A stretch of DNA of 42,816 nt, from IMG/VR virus record IMGVR_UViG_3300037462_000205, positions 1 to 42,816 of that record. The stretch is one strand, 5' to 3'. Source of the DNA: a virus. Taxonomy: Duplodnaviria; Caudoviricetes. Below the pieces are notes generated by a model, which was not told the origin of the DNA, made no database searches, and worked only from the letters and a program-made list of their open reading frames with translations. Shown piece after piece: positions 41,700-42,816 of this stretch. Made by a program: the position numbers and the translations under genes. Numbering within the stretch: the stretch's first letter is position 1; each line of letters starts with the position of its first letter.

Positions 41700-42374
41700 T
41701 CAGCTTTCCTCTTCACAGACCACAGGCTTGTCGAAACCATGAATGCGGGACTGCGCTTCAAGCAGGTCGAGAATGGCAAAGGTTTCTTCGCCGAGCGTCG
41801 TCCCGCCACGGGTGCGCTGCCAGTGTTCGCGGGCCTGCTCAAATGAAAAGTATCGGCATCCGGCGATGATACGCGGCCCTCCCGGCGTTGGCGCAATCGT
41901 GAAGGTGTAACCGTCGCTGCGAACAGCGGTAAGGTTGACCTTGTAGACCCGCGCATCGCCGGAGACCCGCGCATCGCCGTAGACCCACGCATTGCCGGAG
42001 ACCCGCGCATCGCCGGAGACCCGCGCACCGCCGTAGACCCACGCATTGCCGGAGACCCGCGCACCGCCGTAGACCCGCGCACCGCCGTAGACCCGCGCAT
42101 CGCCGGAGACCCGCGCACCGCCGTAGACCCACGCATTGCCGGAGACCCGCGCACCGCCGTAGACCCGCGCACCGCCGTAGACCCGCGCATCGCCGTAAAC
42201 CCACGCATTGCCGGAGACCGAAAGATTGCTCCCTTTCTCGATCCACCCGCCAATCGTGCCAGCGACAACGCCAAGTGCGGGAATGTCGGCCACGGCGCGG
42301 ATGCGATGCAGGGTGTGGCCAAACCATTCCCTTGTTTCGCCGGTAGCTTCAAATTTTGAATTTTTAAAAGTCAT
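41700..42374 (-). CDS. Hexapeptide-repeat (left-handed beta-helix-like) protein
   Basis: N-terminal L.RI.A......G..GG.IE...NL, 15 [NDG]A[WR]V[YS]G units and C-terminal AGCR.F....A..HW. Confidence 0.85.
   Translation of the reverse strand: MTFKNSKFEATGETREWFGHTLHRIRAVADIPALGVVAGTIGGWIEKGSNLSVSGNAWVYGDARVYGGARVYGGARVSGNAWVYGGARVSGDARVYGGARVYGGARVSGNAWVYGGARVSGDARVSGNAWVYGDARVSGDARVYKVNLTAVRSDGYTFTIAPTPGGPRIIAGCRYFSFEQAREHWQRTRGGTTLGEETFAILDLLEAQSRIHGFDKPVVCEEES
41940..42209. repeat. Tandem 18-bp repeat, 15 copies
   Basis: Units such as GACCCGCGCATCGCCGTA encode the hexapeptides. Confidence 0.9.
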
Positions 42375-42386
42375 TTCTCACACTCC

Positions 42387-42746
42387 CTAAAGATCGTATT
42401 TTTGCCAGCGCGAGGATTTGAACATTTCCCGCAAGAGGTCGTCAGGATCGACAGGGCGCGTGCCGTTCGCACAGGTAAAGCCCTCGGAGAATTCCGCTAA
42501 GACTTCCTCCAGGCTTTCCAGCAGGTGCAGCCGATCAGTTACGGCTTCCTCAAAAGCCATCCTTTCCCGTTCGGTCAAAAAATCGGGATCGCGCTTGATG
42601 GCGTCACCAATCCACTCCAGCGCCATAGCGTTCAAGTCGGCTTTCTCTTGCCCGTCGATTAAATCCAGCAATTCGGGAGCCCATAGGCAGCCTTGCAGCC
42701 TCTGGCTTTCCAGCCATTCGCGCGCGTTCAAATGGACATAGGCCAT
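42387..42746 (-). CDS. Hypothetical protein; ends YDL
   Basis: 119-aa ORF; its 5' part is duplicated at 1-188. Confidence 0.75.
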   Translation of the reverse strand: MAYVHLNAREWLESQRLQGCLWAPELLDLIDGQEKADLNAMALEWIGDAIKRDPDFLTERERMAFEEAVTDRLHLLESLEEVLAEFSEGFTCANGTRPVDPDDLLREMFKSSRWQKYDL

Positions 42747-42816
42747 CAGGAAACGTCCTTTTCATCCTCAGCGCCGCAGCGCGTGCAGGTTAGTCCGATA
42801 CACCCGCCCGATCGTG
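42559..42816. repeat. Terminal direct repeat, right copy
   Basis: Matches 1-258 with 2 mismatches (42685 and 42687). Confidence 0.97.

Noticed and set aside
41940-42209. Possible CRISPR array or DGR template
   Set aside because: Contiguous in-frame coding repeats with no unique spacers. No reverse transcriptase is present, and the Cas4-like gene is an ordinary phage DUF2800 nuclease.
41651-42352. 233-aa alternative-frame ORF ending QKYDL
   Set aside because: It is open only because it crosses the 18-bp repeat, and its YDL end is the duplicated repeat X. Not counted as an independent tagged protein.
1-42816. tRNA, rRNA, integrase/att site, IS element
   Set aside because: None recognised by eye; tRNAscan-SE, Infernal and HMM searches would be needed to exclude them firmly.

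Overview
This window is an apparently complete, circularly permuted genome of about 42,558 bp from a tailed dsDNA phage. Bases 1-258 repeat as 42559-42816 with 2 mismatches, and the reading frames continue across the join. The architecture is that of a P22-like podovirus, and the host is probably an alphaproteobacterium (inferred from CtrA-like boxes, promoter style and GC content). The + strand (about 3.85-26.25 kb) carries small genes, an HNH nuclease, terminase, portal, scaffold, P22-type coat, tail and ejection proteins, and a lysis cassette with Rz/Rz1. The - strand carries early small genes, a prim-pol/AAA helicase, a MerR regulator, HNH nucleases, C5 and N6 methyltransferases, an intein-containing SNF2 helicase, a Cas4-like nuclease, SSB, DNA polymerase A, a LuxR HTH and a RuvC-like resolvase. 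I saw no integrase, tRNA or CRISPR array. The most striking observations are: (1) 11 unrelated proteins end in the same C-terminal tripeptide [Y/F/H]-D-L-stop, written with varied synonymous codons, which suggests a genome-wide C-terminal tag; (2) a two-state RNA hairpin switch covers the ribosome-binding site and start codon of the coat gene; (3) a C5-methyltransferase has a second subunit encoded in an overlapping frame, with five GWxT[P/A] repeats; (4) an Arg-starting class-3-type intein; (5) a gp10-like tail gene split by an inserted gene; (6) a fossil junction that joined two alternative gene cassettes. Product calls come from motif recognition by eye; no database searches were run.
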